Assembly (NCBI GenBank): GCA_001775955.1
Contig: MEZD01000001.1
Coordinates: 18,483-71,348, forward strand
Reading direction: 5' to 3'
Source of the DNA: Candidatus Bathyarchaeota archaeon RBG_13_38_9
Lineage (GTDB): Archaea; Thermoproteota; Bathyarchaeia; 40CM-2-53-6; RBG-13-38-9
Length of the DNA stretch: 52,866 bases
Part shown: positions 44,553-52,866 of the stretch, in pieces
How positions within the stretch are numbered: position 1 is the stretch's first letter
Layout of the letters: each line of letters starts with the position of its first letter
Made by a program: the position numbers and the translations under genes
Notes under the pieces: generated by a model
Database searches by the model: none
What the model saw: only the letters and a program-made list of their open reading frames with translations
What the model was told of the DNA's origin: nothing

Positions 44553-46328
44553 ATGTTCAAGCTTGGAAAAATAGAGAATGTTGCTGGACCGGTTATCGTC
44601 GGAAAGGACATGCTAGGTTCACAGATGTATGAACTTGTTAAGATTGGTGACGTCGGATTAATTGGAGAAATAATCAGGATTGAAGGTGCCAGAGCAACTA
44701 TACAGGTTTATGAAGAGACAACCGGCATCAAACCTGGAGAGAAGATAGAGAGAACAGGTAAACCTCTCTCAGTCGACCTCGGTCCTGGGATAATAGGTCA
44801 AACTTACGATGGAATACAGAGACCGCTTCCAGTCATCAAAGAGCTATACGGAGATTTTATAGAGAGAGGAATAAACGTATCAGCTTTAGACCGTAAGAAA
44901 AAATGGAAATTCATACCAACACAAAAGAAAAATTGGAAAGTTCAGTCTGGAGATATAATTGGTACTGTGGAAGAGACTTCTCTTGTGAAACATAGAATTC
45001 TGGTTCCTCCTGGAGTTGTAGGAACTATTCTAAGTATTGTAGATGAGGGAGAGTACACTGTTGATGATGAAATATGTATAATTGAGACCACATCTGGAAA
45101 AAAATCAGCTAAACTCGCTCATACTTGGCCTGTGAGAACATTAAGACCGTTTAAAAGAAAGATCCCTTCAGATACACCCCTTATCACAGGTCAAAGAATC
45201 ATAGATTTTCTTTTTCCTATTGCCAAAGGTGGAACAGCTGCTATTCCTGGCGGTTTTGGCACGGGTAAAACTGTTATGCAACATCAATTGGCTCAGTGGG
45301 CCGATGCAGACATAATAGTATATGTCGGATGTGGAGAGAGAGGCAATGAGATGGCTGAGGTTCTAGAACGTTTTCCTCAACTTAAAGACCCCCGTTCAGG
45401 GGAATCTCTTATGGCTCGAACAATTTTAATCGCAAACACTTCTAATATGCCAATTGCCGCACGTGAAGCCAGTGTCTATACAGGCATAACAATAAGCGAA
45501 TACTTCAGAGACATGGGTTATGATGTTGCTTTGATGGCTGACTCAACTTCTAGGTGGGCTGAGGCTTTGAGAGAGATCTCTGGAAGACTTGAGGAAATGC
45601 CTGGTGAAGAAGGATACCCCGCTTACTTGGCGTCTCGATTAGCAGAATTCTATGAGAGGTCTGGAAGAGTTGATGTATTGGGAAGCGAATCTAAGCTTGG
45701 CTCTGTGTCAGTTGTCGGCGCTGTCTCGCCTCCAGGGTCAGACTTTTCGGAACCAGTCACACAAAATACTTTACGTATAGTCAAGGTTTTTTGGGCTCTG
45801 GATAAAGCACTGGCTGAGAGAAGACATTTTCCAGCAATAAGTTGGCTAACAAGTTACTCATTGTATTTCGACTCCTTACAGCAATGGTATCAGAAAAATA
45901 TTGCAGAAGATTGGGTGGAACTTCGCCGTGAGGCAATGCAGATTCTTCAAAGAGATGAAGAATTAAGAGAAATAGTAATGCTTGTCGGTCCCGATGCCCT
46001 CTCTGAGAGCCAGCGAGTAACTCTAGAAGCGGCTAGAATGTTAAAGGAAGATTTTCTGGTTCAGAGTGCTGTGCATCCAATTGATAGTTATTGTCCATTA
46101 AACAAAAGTTACAATATGATTAAGATAATAATGAGATTCTATCGAGGGATGTTAGGAGCTATTGAAAAAGGGATACCTCTTCAAAGAGTGATTGAGTTGC
46201 CAGTTAAGGATGAGATAGCAAGAATGAAGATACAAGCTCCAGAAGATTTCGATTCTTTCTCCAGTGAATTCCTGCAGAAAATAGATGTTGAGTTCACCGA
46301 ATTAACATCTCAAATAATTTCTGCGTGA
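44553..46328 (+). CDS. atpA: A1Ao/V-type ATP synthase catalytic subunit A.
   Basis: Walker [10 protein letters not shown] and the non-homologous region typical of A subunits. The 591-aa length leaves no room for an intein. Confidence 0.95.
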   Translation: MFKLGKIENVAGPVIVGKDMLGSQMYELVKIGDVGLIGEIIRIEGARATIQVYEETTGIKPGEKIERTGKPLSVDLGPGIIGQTYDGIQRPLPVIKELYGDFIERGINVSALDRKKKWKFIPTQKKNWKVQSGDIIGTVEETSLVKHRILVPPGVVGTILSIVDEGEYTVDDEICIIETTSGKKSAKLAHTWPVRTLRPFKRKIPSDTPLITGQRIIDFLFPIAKGGTAAIPGGFGTGKTVMQHQLAQWADADIIVYVGCGERGNEMAEVLERFPQLKDPRSGESLMARTILIANTSNMPIAAREASVYTGITISEYFRDMGYDVALMADSTSRWAEALREISGRLEEMPGEEGYPAYLASRLAEFYERSGRVDVLGSESKLGSVSVVGAVSPPGSDFSEPVTQNTLRIVKVFWALDKALAERRHFPAISWLTSYSLYFDSLQQWYQKNIAEDWVELRREAMQILQRDEELREIVMLVGPDALSESQRVTLEAARMLKEDFLVQSAVHPIDSYCPLNKSYNMIKIIMRFYRGMLGAIEKGIPLQRVIELPVKDEIARMKIQAPEDFDSFSSEFLQKIDVEFTELTSQIISA

Positions 46329-46340
46329 GAGGGATAATAG

Positions 46341-47738
46341 ATGTCAACGATTGTTGGGAGAGAGTATAGTACTATAAGCAAAATTGCTGGACCATTGCTT
46401 TTTGTCAATGCTATTAAGGGAGTTGGCTATGGTGAAGTTGCAAAGATAACTACTCCTGATGGTGATGAAAGACGAGGACAAGTTCTTGAAGTTGGTGAAA
46501 ACATTGCTGTCGTCCAGGTTTTCGAAGGAACATCAGGTTTAGATGTTACTGCGACAAGCGTTTCCTTCAGCGGTGAGACTGTTAGACTGCCAGTTTCGTC
46601 TGATATGCTTGGCCGTGTATTCGACGGTAGTGGAGAACCAATCGATGGTGGCCCTAAGATAATTCCAGAAGAGTATCTCGATGTTCATGGTGCACCTATC
46701 AATCCATATTCTAGAGATTACCCTAGAGATTTCATTCAAACAGGCATTTCAACGGTAGATGGAATGAATACTCTAGTCAGAGGACAGAAACTACCTATCT
46801 TTTCTGGATCAGGCTTACCCCATAACACCATAGTTGCACAGATTGCACGTCAAGCGAAAGTGCGAGGTACGGATGAACCTTTCACGACTGTGTTCGGAGC
46901 TATGGGTATAACGGCCGATGAGGCACAATTTTTTAAAGAAGATTTTGAAAAGCAGGGCGCTTTCGAACATGTTACCTTGTTCGTGAACCTTGCTGAAGAT
47001 CCAGCAATTGAGAGAATTCTAACGCCAAGGATCGCATTGACTGCCGCCGAATTTTTTGCTCATAAACTAGGAATGCATGTTCTAGTAATATTAACCGACA
47101 TGACAAACTATTGCGAAGCCTTAAGAGAGATATCTGCTGCAAGAGAAGAAGTTCCAGGTCGTCGTGGATATCCAGGCTATATGTATACAGATCTATCAAC
47201 AATTTATGAACGCGCAGGAAGAACTCATGGAAGCAAGGGATCGGTCACTCAAATGCCGATTCTAACAATGCCCCATGATGACATGACACACCCTATACCA
47301 GATCTGACTGGGTATATCACTGAGGGACAGATTATTGTTGATAGAGGCCTGTATAGAAGAGGGCTTTATCCACCAATAGACGTTTCACCGTCTCTATCAA
47401 GATTAATGAAAGAAGGGATAGGCAAGGAAAGAACACGCGAAGATCATAGAGAAGTCGCAGACCAACTGTATTATGCATATGCTGAAGGTAGAGGATTTAG
47501 AGATCTAGTTGCTGTCGTGGGTGAAGAGGCTTTATCCTCAAGGGATAGAATGTATCTCAGATTTGCCGATACTTTCGAGACAAAATTCGTTTCCCAAGGA
47601 TTGTATGAGGATAGATCTATCGAAGAGACTCTAGATTTAGGTTGGGAACTACTCGCTAATCTTCCAGAAAGTGAACTGAAGAGAATCGATCCAGAAACAA
47701 TCAAGATCTACCATCCGAGATATAAAGGAAAAACTTAG
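46341..47738 (+). CDS. atpB: A1Ao/V-type ATP synthase subunit B.
   Basis: [17 protein letters not shown]-terminus and the [21 protein letters not shown] block. Confidence 0.95.
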   Translation: MSTIVGREYSTISKIAGPLLFVNAIKGVGYGEVAKITTPDGDERRGQVLEVGENIAVVQVFEGTSGLDVTATSVSFSGETVRLPVSSDMLGRVFDGSGEPIDGGPKIIPEEYLDVHGAPINPYSRDYPRDFIQTGISTVDGMNTLVRGQKLPIFSGSGLPHNTIVAQIARQAKVRGTDEPFTTVFGAMGITADEAQFFKEDFEKQGAFEHVTLFVNLAEDPAIERILTPRIALTAAEFFAHKLGMHVLVILTDMTNYCEALREISAAREEVPGRRGYPGYMYTDLSTIYERAGRTHGSKGSVTQMPILTMPHDDMTHPIPDLTGYITEGQIIVDRGLYRRGLYPPIDVSPSLSRLMKEGIGKERTREDHREVADQLYYAYAEGRGFRDLVAVVGEEALSSRDRMYLRFADTFETKFVSQGLYEDRSIEETLDLGWELLANLPESELKRIDPETIKIYHPRYKGKT

Positions 47739-47747
47739 TGACAAACT

Positions 47748-48374
47748 ATGTCAGAGCAGCTAATGAATGTCCATCCTACAAGAATGGAGTTACTAGCACT
47801 AAGAAAAAGAATGAACATTGCCGAACGTGGAAGAGAACTGCTTAGAGAAAAACTTGATGCGTTGATGATAGAGTTTTTTGAATTTGCCAGAGAGATATCT
47901 GACCTTAGAAGAAAAGCACAAGAATCACTTACTATAGCTTACATGGCATATTCTGAAGCTCAGATGATCATGGGTTATTCAAAGCTTGAGGAATTAGCCT
48001 ATGTTACAGAAGAAAAATTCGATGTTATCACCAAAACTCGGAGTATAATAGGAGTATCAATTCCAACTGTTCAAATAGATGTGAAGCCTATGAGCGATTA
48101 TCCATACAATCTCACAGAGACATCTGCAAGGCTTGACGAAGCTTCAATGGCAATGATTGATGCAGTAAAAATCCTTGCTGAACTATCAGGAATTGAAGCT
48201 GCTCTAACAAAACTTGCCGAGGCAATAGCATCTGTCAAAAGAAGAGTCAACAGCTTAGAATATGTCATAATACCAAGAATGGATAATACGATACGTTTCA
48301 TCAGAATGTATCTTGAGGAGCGAGAAAGAGAAGACTTCTTTCGTCTGAAAAGAATAAAAGGACGTTCGATTTAA
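47748..48374 (+). CDS. atpD: A1Ao/V-type ATP synthase subunit D (central stalk).
   Basis: VHPTRMELLALRKRMNIAERGRELLREKLDAL is the canonical subunit D N-terminus. Confidence 0.9.
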   Translation: MSEQLMNVHPTRMELLALRKRMNIAERGRELLREKLDALMIEFFEFAREISDLRRKAQESLTIAYMAYSEAQMIMGYSKLEELAYVTEEKFDVITKTRSIIGVSIPTVQIDVKPMSDYPYNLTETSARLDEASMAMIDAVKILAELSGIEAALTKLAEAIASVKRRVNSLEYVIIPRMDNTIRFIRMYLEEREREDFFRLKRIKGRSI

Positions 48375-48376
48375 CA

Positions 48377-48772
48377 CTAAACCTTCTTTTTTAATGACAC
48401 TATAGCTTCAGCTAAATCTCCACCTGATCCTTCTAGAGCCTTTTTCCCTTCATCCATTGAAACGTTAGCCTGTTCTGCGACCATTTTCACATCTTCTTCA
48501 GGTATCGTAACTTTTGTTTCAGATGTAATTGTCTCCTCTCTAATAGTTCCACCAGTTACCTGATACATATTCTGACCTTGCATAGCAATGGACATAACTG
48601 AAGGCTCTTCAATGATTATCTTTCTATCAGATGTCCTTATTGTCACATCATGTACATCATCTAATGATTTTGTATCCATCCCCATTTTTTGCATCATGCG
48701 AAGAGCATCTCTACCAGAGGGCATTCCCTTCAAAGATCGGAAGGCTTTGTGTGCCATACATACAAACCTCAA
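48377..48772 (-). CDS. nac: Archaeal nascent polypeptide-associated complex protein (NAC domain plus UBA).
   Basis: MMQKMGMDTKSLDDVHDVTIRTSDRKIIIEEPSVMSIAMQGQNMYQV is the NAC domain and the C-terminus is UBA-like (EGKKALEGSGGDLAEAI). The true start is probably the internal Met near 48724. Confidence 0.85.
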   Translation of the reverse strand: MRFVCMAHKAFRSLKGMPSGRDALRMMQKMGMDTKSLDDVHDVTIRTSDRKIIIEEPSVMSIAMQGQNMYQVTGGTIREETITSETKVTIPEEDVKMVAEQANVSMDEGKKALEGSGGDLAEAIVSLKKKV

Positions 48773-48874
48773 ACTAAATCATTTGACTATTTCCTTGAGG
48801 AAAATAAGTTATCTTGCTGAAAAAGGTTGTTTCATGAGAAATTCCCTAATGTTCATCTTGAATTCAAAAATTAT

Positions 48875-49360
48875 CTAATTATTCTCATCAACACCTCTTC
48901 GCACTTTAGCAGCAACACCCAACTTGAAAGATAACATTTCATCACCACTTAGAACAGCCTTTCCAACAGCAACAAGATTTCCCTTTTGATCTACTATAAC
49001 CACTTCATTTTGCGACCTTATCGCTAGGTCTGCTTTTGCAACATGTTTTGCAAACAGATTTCTTCCAGATTTAATAAAATCCTGATAGCCATCCTTGACG
49101 GTTACTCTTAGAGGAGCTTTATTTCCTAATTTTCTTAGAATTCTCTTTGCTCCTGGAATATTAAGGCTGAGAAGTCCGTCTGTATTCCTCAAAGTCGCCA
49201 AGAGCTGTTGTCTGAAAAATATTAGTTTGATTTTTCCGGTTCTGGGAGATCTTGTAATCTTAATACCTTCTGGAAACAGAGCTTCGCCTGCAAATCTACC
49301 TAATTGATAGTTGGCGACTCCTCTAAGTTTTCTTAGATCCCATAGGTTAGCTCGTTCCAT
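48875..49360 (-). CDS. PUA-domain RNA-binding protein.
   Basis: C-terminal PUA pattern (NLFAKHVAKADLAIRSQNEVVIVDQKGNLVAVGKAVLSGDEM). Confidence 0.7.
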   Translation of the reverse strand: MERANLWDLRKLRGVANYQLGRFAGEALFPEGIKITRSPRTGKIKLIFFRQQLLATLRNTDGLLSLNIPGAKRILRKLGNKAPLRVTVKDGYQDFIKSGRNLFAKHVAKADLAIRSQNEVVIVDQKGNLVAVGKAVLSGDEMLSFKLGVAAKVRRGVDENN

Positions 49361-49436
49361 TACTGACTCGTAAAGCTAATAGCTTCCTTTCTGATTTAAA
49401 CTTCCATTACCTAGCTTTAGGATGGTTTAAAAAGAA

Positions 49437-49928
49437 TTGAATTGTGAGATTTGTGGCTCAAAGATCTATGGTCCTAGCAAGAGGATAATCCTCGAAGGTT
49501 CAAAACTTCTCGTTTGCATGAAATGTTCAAACCTTGGTGAACCGGATATTAATACAGAGCGATATCCATCACGAACAAAACGAAGAACCTTAGGAACTCC
49601 AGTAAGAAAGAGGACCGGCGAAAGTAGACTACCTAGAGAAGTTGAGGAAATGGAAGTTGCTGAAAATTTTCCGAAAATAATTAAGGAAGCTAGGGAAAAG
49701 AAGAAGATGTCACAACAAGATTTAGCTAGAACTGTGAAAGAGAGACTTTCAATAATTCAAAAAATCGAACTGGGAAAGATGACCCCAGACTTGAGAATTA
49801 GTCGGGCATTAGAACACACATTGAGAATCAAACTTCTTCTTCCCAGGAGTGAAATTCCGGTTGAAACAGGCAAGCCTGACCAAACCGGACTTACATTAGG
49901 AGATGTAATCCAGTACAAAAAGAAATAA
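49437..49928 (+). CDS. Archaeal multiprotein-bridging factor 1 (Zn-ribbon plus Cro/C1 HTH).
   Basis: CEICGSKI...CMKCSNLG ribbon and the HTH KKMSQQDLARTVKERLSIIQKIELGK. TTG start. Confidence 0.85.
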   Translation: MNCEICGSKIYGPSKRIILEGSKLLVCMKCSNLGEPDINTERYPSRTKRRTLGTPVRKRTGESRLPREVEEMEVAENFPKIIKEAREKKKMSQQDLARTVKERLSIIQKIELGKMTPDLRISRALEHTLRIKLLLPRSEIPVETGKPDQTGLTLGDVIQYKKK

Positions 49929-50003
49929 TTAGAGTTTAACCTATTCACGTTTTCATCAACAATAAATCTATATGGATTTTTATTTGTTGGAGAAAAATTA
50001 AGC

Positions 50004-50543
50004 TTGAAAGTTATAATCCTTCGCTGGGGACACAGACATAGGGATATTAGGGTTACCAGCCATGTTGCACTAACAGCACGAGCTTTCGGCGCTTCAGGTC
50101 TTGTCTTAGCTGACTCTGAAGATAAAACTGTTGAGAGAACTATAAAACTAGTCATCGATAAATGGGGCGGTAACTTCAAAATAGAAATGGGGGTCTCATG
50201 GCGAAATTATATTAAATCTTGGAAAGATAAAGGCGGAATCACCGTGCATCTCACGATGTACGGAGAAAATATTAAAATAAGTGATGTAATGCAACGAATA
50301 AAATTCTCCAAAAAAAATATCCTGGTTTTAGTTGGAAGTCAGAAAGTACCTTCCGAATTCTATCACAGTGATGTTTCAGATTTCAATGTTGCAATTGGAA
50401 ACCAACCACATTCTGAGGTAGCTGCTATAGCAGTATTTCTAGATCGATTATTCGAAGATGATAAATTCAGCGATACACCAAAAGGAAAATTCAAAATATT
50501 GCCATCCGACCGAAAAAAGATAGTAATCTCGACTGAGCGATAA
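50004..50543 (+). CDS. trm56: tRNA (cytidine56-2'-O)-methyltransferase aTrm56 (SPOUT).
   Basis: The N-terminus KVIILRWGHRHRDIRVTSHVALTARAFGA matches the aTrm56 hallmark. TTG start. Confidence 0.85.
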   Translation: MKVIILRWGHRHRDIRVTSHVALTARAFGASGLVLADSEDKTVERTIKLVIDKWGGNFKIEMGVSWRNYIKSWKDKGGITVHLTMYGENIKISDVMQRIKFSKKNILVLVGSQKVPSEFYHSDVSDFNVAIGNQPHSEVAAIAVFLDRLFEDDKFSDTPKGKFKILPSDRKKIVISTER

Positions 50544-50741
50544 ACTAGGTTAAGGCTCAAAATCATCTGATATTTAAACCAACGAGGTTTAAAGTAACAA
50601 AAACAGCATTAGAAGCATATAAGAGCAGGACTATTCAAGAAATATAAAACACACTAAATTAAGTGAGTTGATAGAAACCAGGAAATCAGAAGTATCGTTC
50701 CCAGTTTACTGATTAGGTTATATGATTCAGAGGACCCAAGA

Positions 50742-51248
50742 TTGTCACTTATAGACGATGAATTAATTAAAGTAGCCAGTCTCTTAGGAGAAGATGAGGC
50801 TGTAAAGATAGTTAGATCCTTAGTCAAGTTAAAAGAAGCTACAGATGATGCTATTGCAAACGATACCGGTGTGCGTATAAATATTGTTAGAAAAGTTCTG
50901 TACAAACTCTATGACAAAACCTTGGTCGCATGTACCAGAATTAGAGACGAAAAAACCGGCTGGTATATTTTCTACTGGAAACTTCAGCCCGATCAATTAG
51001 ATGCATTCGTTCGAAGTCGTAAAAAGAGAACGGTTGAAAAACTGAGAACCCGACTTGAGTATGAAAACGCTCATAACTTCTTTGTCTGCAATAAATGTGG
51101 AGATATACGTCTCCCATTCGAAGAAGCTATCGAATCAGCATTTCGATGTTCTAAATGTAATAGTCAATTAACAGATAGTGATAATAGTAAAATAGTCGAT
51201 GAGCTCTCTAAAATGATTCAGAAACTCGAAAGTGAACTCATGGAATGA
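50742..51248 (+). CDS. tfe: Transcription factor E (TFE-alpha, TFIIE-alpha homologue).
   Basis: Winged-helix N-domain plus Zn ribbon (CNKCGDIRLPFEEAIESAFRCSKC). TTG start, with no in-frame ATG before the conserved N-terminus. Confidence 0.85.
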   Translation: MSLIDDELIKVASLLGEDEAVKIVRSLVKLKEATDDAIANDTGVRINIVRKVLYKLYDKTLVACTRIRDEKTGWYIFYWKLQPDQLDAFVRSRKKRTVEKLRTRLEYENAHNFFVCNKCGDIRLPFEEAIESAFRCSKCNSQLTDSDNSKIVDELSKMIQKLESELME

Positions 51249-51454
51249 CTTATTTTTTTAAGATAAAGTAAGCCATAAATTACTGTCAAACGATTTTAAT
51301 AGAGCACGTTTCAGAATAAGACATGCAATAACCTTAGCGCCCATTTTAAAAAAAATAATTTGATATAATAAAATTATTGAAACATAGAACATATTAACAA
51401 TGTCTTTCCATTTACGAAAATAATCATTGAGGTTCTCAGAATAGGGCGAAAAAA

Positions 51455-52099
51455 TTGGATAAACAAGAAACTCTTGCCAAGATTGCTAATAGTCTTGCAG
51501 AATTGGATTCTGAAACGCTTAAAAAATCTTTGGAAAATGCTCTCCACAATAAAATTTCAGTTCAAGAGATTATCAGAGAGGGATTGGGCAAAGGAATGCA
51601 AGTTGTAGGAGAAAGATATGAGAAAGGGGAATATTTCCTTTCGGAACTAATAATGGCAGGAGTCACAATGAGAGAAGGAATGGTGCTTATGGAACCATAT
51701 TTCAAAGGACAAACGAGTGAGACTAGAGGAAAGATATTAATCGGAACGGTAGAAGGAGATCTGCATGATATTGGTAAGAATATAGTTGCAACAATGTTTA
51801 GATCGGCTGAATTTGAAGTACATGACCTGGGGGTGGATGTACCGCCAGAGACTTTTGTTAAAAAGACCGAAGAAATCAAACCAGATATAGTTGCGCTTTC
51901 TGCACTGCTGAGTGTCACTTTAGGAAAAGTGAAGGAAACAATTAGAGCACTTTCAGACTCATCTCTGAGAAAAGATCTTAAGATAATTATTGGTGGAAGT
52001 TGTCTAAACCTTAAGATTGCAAAAGAATTAGGGGCTGACGCATTCGGTCGAGATGCTTGGGATGGAGTGAACCAAGCCAAACATCTCATTTCAAGCTAA
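51455..52099 (+). CDS. Second methyltransferase-cognate corrinoid (B12-binding) protein.
   Basis: DxHxxG motif GDLHDIGKNIV, SALLSVT, and collinearity with the 23964-24617 product. TTG start. Confidence 0.85.
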   Translation: MDKQETLAKIANSLAELDSETLKKSLENALHNKISVQEIIREGLGKGMQVVGERYEKGEYFLSELIMAGVTMREGMVLMEPYFKGQTSETRGKILIGTVEGDLHDIGKNIVATMFRSAEFEVHDLGVDVPPETFVKKTEEIKPDIVALSALLSVTLGKVKETIRALSDSSLRKDLKIIIGGSCLNLKIAKELGADAFGRDAWDGVNQAKHLISS

Positions 52100-52220
52100 G
52101 AAAGTTATTAAATTTTAAAAAATCCGATTCCAGCGCCTTATCTAATCCTATGAGGCACAATTACTTTAAATTCTTAGGTCCTCAAGATTTCAAGATCTCC
52201 AAACAAAGTAGGGAGTAATT

Positions 52221-52866
52221 ATGTCAAAAGAACTATCAATTGTGCTTGAGACTCCAAGAAGAGTTAAGTCTCAATATTTTGATTTGCCTTCTATTGGTTC
52301 ACAAGAGATGCTTCTGAAAATTGAGGCAGTTAGCATTTGTGGATCCGATGCAGAGAGATATATCGGTGTAAAATTTGTCGGTCCACTAGCGACTCCTTTT
52401 CCTATTATTATGGGTCATGAACTCGTTGGACAAGTCCATGAAGCTGGACAAGAGGCGTCTGATTATTATAAAGTGAATGTTGGAGAAAGAGTAGTAGTAG
52501 AACCTTACATTCCATGTGGCAAATGCAAATACTGCTTGACTGGTCATTATCCTTTATGCACTGGTAATCGATGTTATGGAGTAAATATCTCGTGTAAAGA
52601 TCCTCCTCATCTTTGGGGTGCTTATGGTCAATACATGTACGTAGCACCTCACTCTCGAGTGCATAAAGTATCACCCCAAGTTCCATCCGAGGAAGCATGT
52701 CTCTCTTCGGTGATTGGTAACGGTGTAAGATGGGCATCCATCAAAGGAAACGTTCAACCTGGTGAAACAGTCGTGGTCATAGGTCCGGGCTCCCAAGGAC
52801 TAGCAACAGTAATGGTTGCTGATCATGTTGGAGCCGGCCAAATTATTCTTGCAGGGACTTCCATTG
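52221..52866 (+). CDS. Zn-dependent medium-chain dehydrogenase/reductase (ADH/threonine-dehydrogenase-like). N-terminal part only, as it runs off the window.
   Basis: Manual translation from ATG 52221. Catalytic-Zn region CGSD...GHELVGQV, structural-Zn motif CGKCKYCLTGHYPLC, and a Rossmann start VVVIGPGSQG. Confidence 0.8.
   Translation, partial: MSKELSIVLETPRRVKSQYFDLPSIGSQEMLLKIEAVSICGSDAERYIGVKFVGPLATPFPIIMGHELVGQVHEAGQEASDYYKVNVGERVVVEPYIPCGKCKYCLTGHYPLCTGNRCYGVNISCKDPPHLWGAYGQYMYVAPHSRVHKVSPQVPSEEACLSSVIGNGVRWASIKGNVQPGETVVVIGPGSQGLATVMVADHVGAGQIILAGTSI

Noticed and set aside
44553-46328. An intein or insertion in ATPase subunit A.
   Set aside because: The 591-aa length and the uninterrupted Walker A/B regions match an intein-free A subunit.
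1-52866. CRISPR arrays, transposases, integrases, prophage or known defence-system genes.
   Set aside because: Reading both strands, I found no regularly spaced direct repeats and no recombinase, nuclease or helicase signatures. The only repeats are short tandem duplications and diverged gene paralogues.

Overview
Low-GC archaeal chromosomal segment. The archaeal assignment rests on A1Ao/V-type ATPase A-B-D, TFE, aMBF1, aTrm56, archaeal NAC, a four-subunit POR and a two-subunit OFOR. Coding density is high, and I saw no rRNA, canonical tRNA, CRISPR array, transposase or integrase. Content is mostly anaerobic central and redox metabolism: two 2-oxoacid:ferredoxin oxidoreductases, rubredoxin, peroxiredoxin, Dps-like ferritin and a NuoE/F/G-type flavin-FeS module. 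It also carries cofactor and metal genes (LarE-LarB, NikR plus a CbiMNQO-type ECF transporter, two corrinoid proteins, an uninterrupted MttB-family methyltransferase), two radical-SAM enzymes, ABC-transporter parts and a housekeeping block at 48-51 kb. The best candidate for an undescribed system is 10.4-14.8 kb. There a NuoE/NuoF/truncated-NuoG module has no catalytic partner and is followed by a bacterioferritin-like diiron domain fused to an unrecognised polytopic membrane domain. A stand-alone paralogue of that membrane domain lies at 7.7-8.4 kb. Secondary candidates are LarE-LarB followed by a His-tailed orphan ORF, a cobalamin-radical-SAM / orphan / GT-C-like membrane operon, a radical-SAM/SPASM plus methyltransferase pair, and a nickel regulon bracketed by inverted Tat-signal binding-protein paralogues. 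Two small Cys-rich genes (a rubredoxin and a 55-aa ORF) fall below the ORF-track cutoff and were found by manual translation. All functional calls come from motif recognition by eye, and no database search was run.
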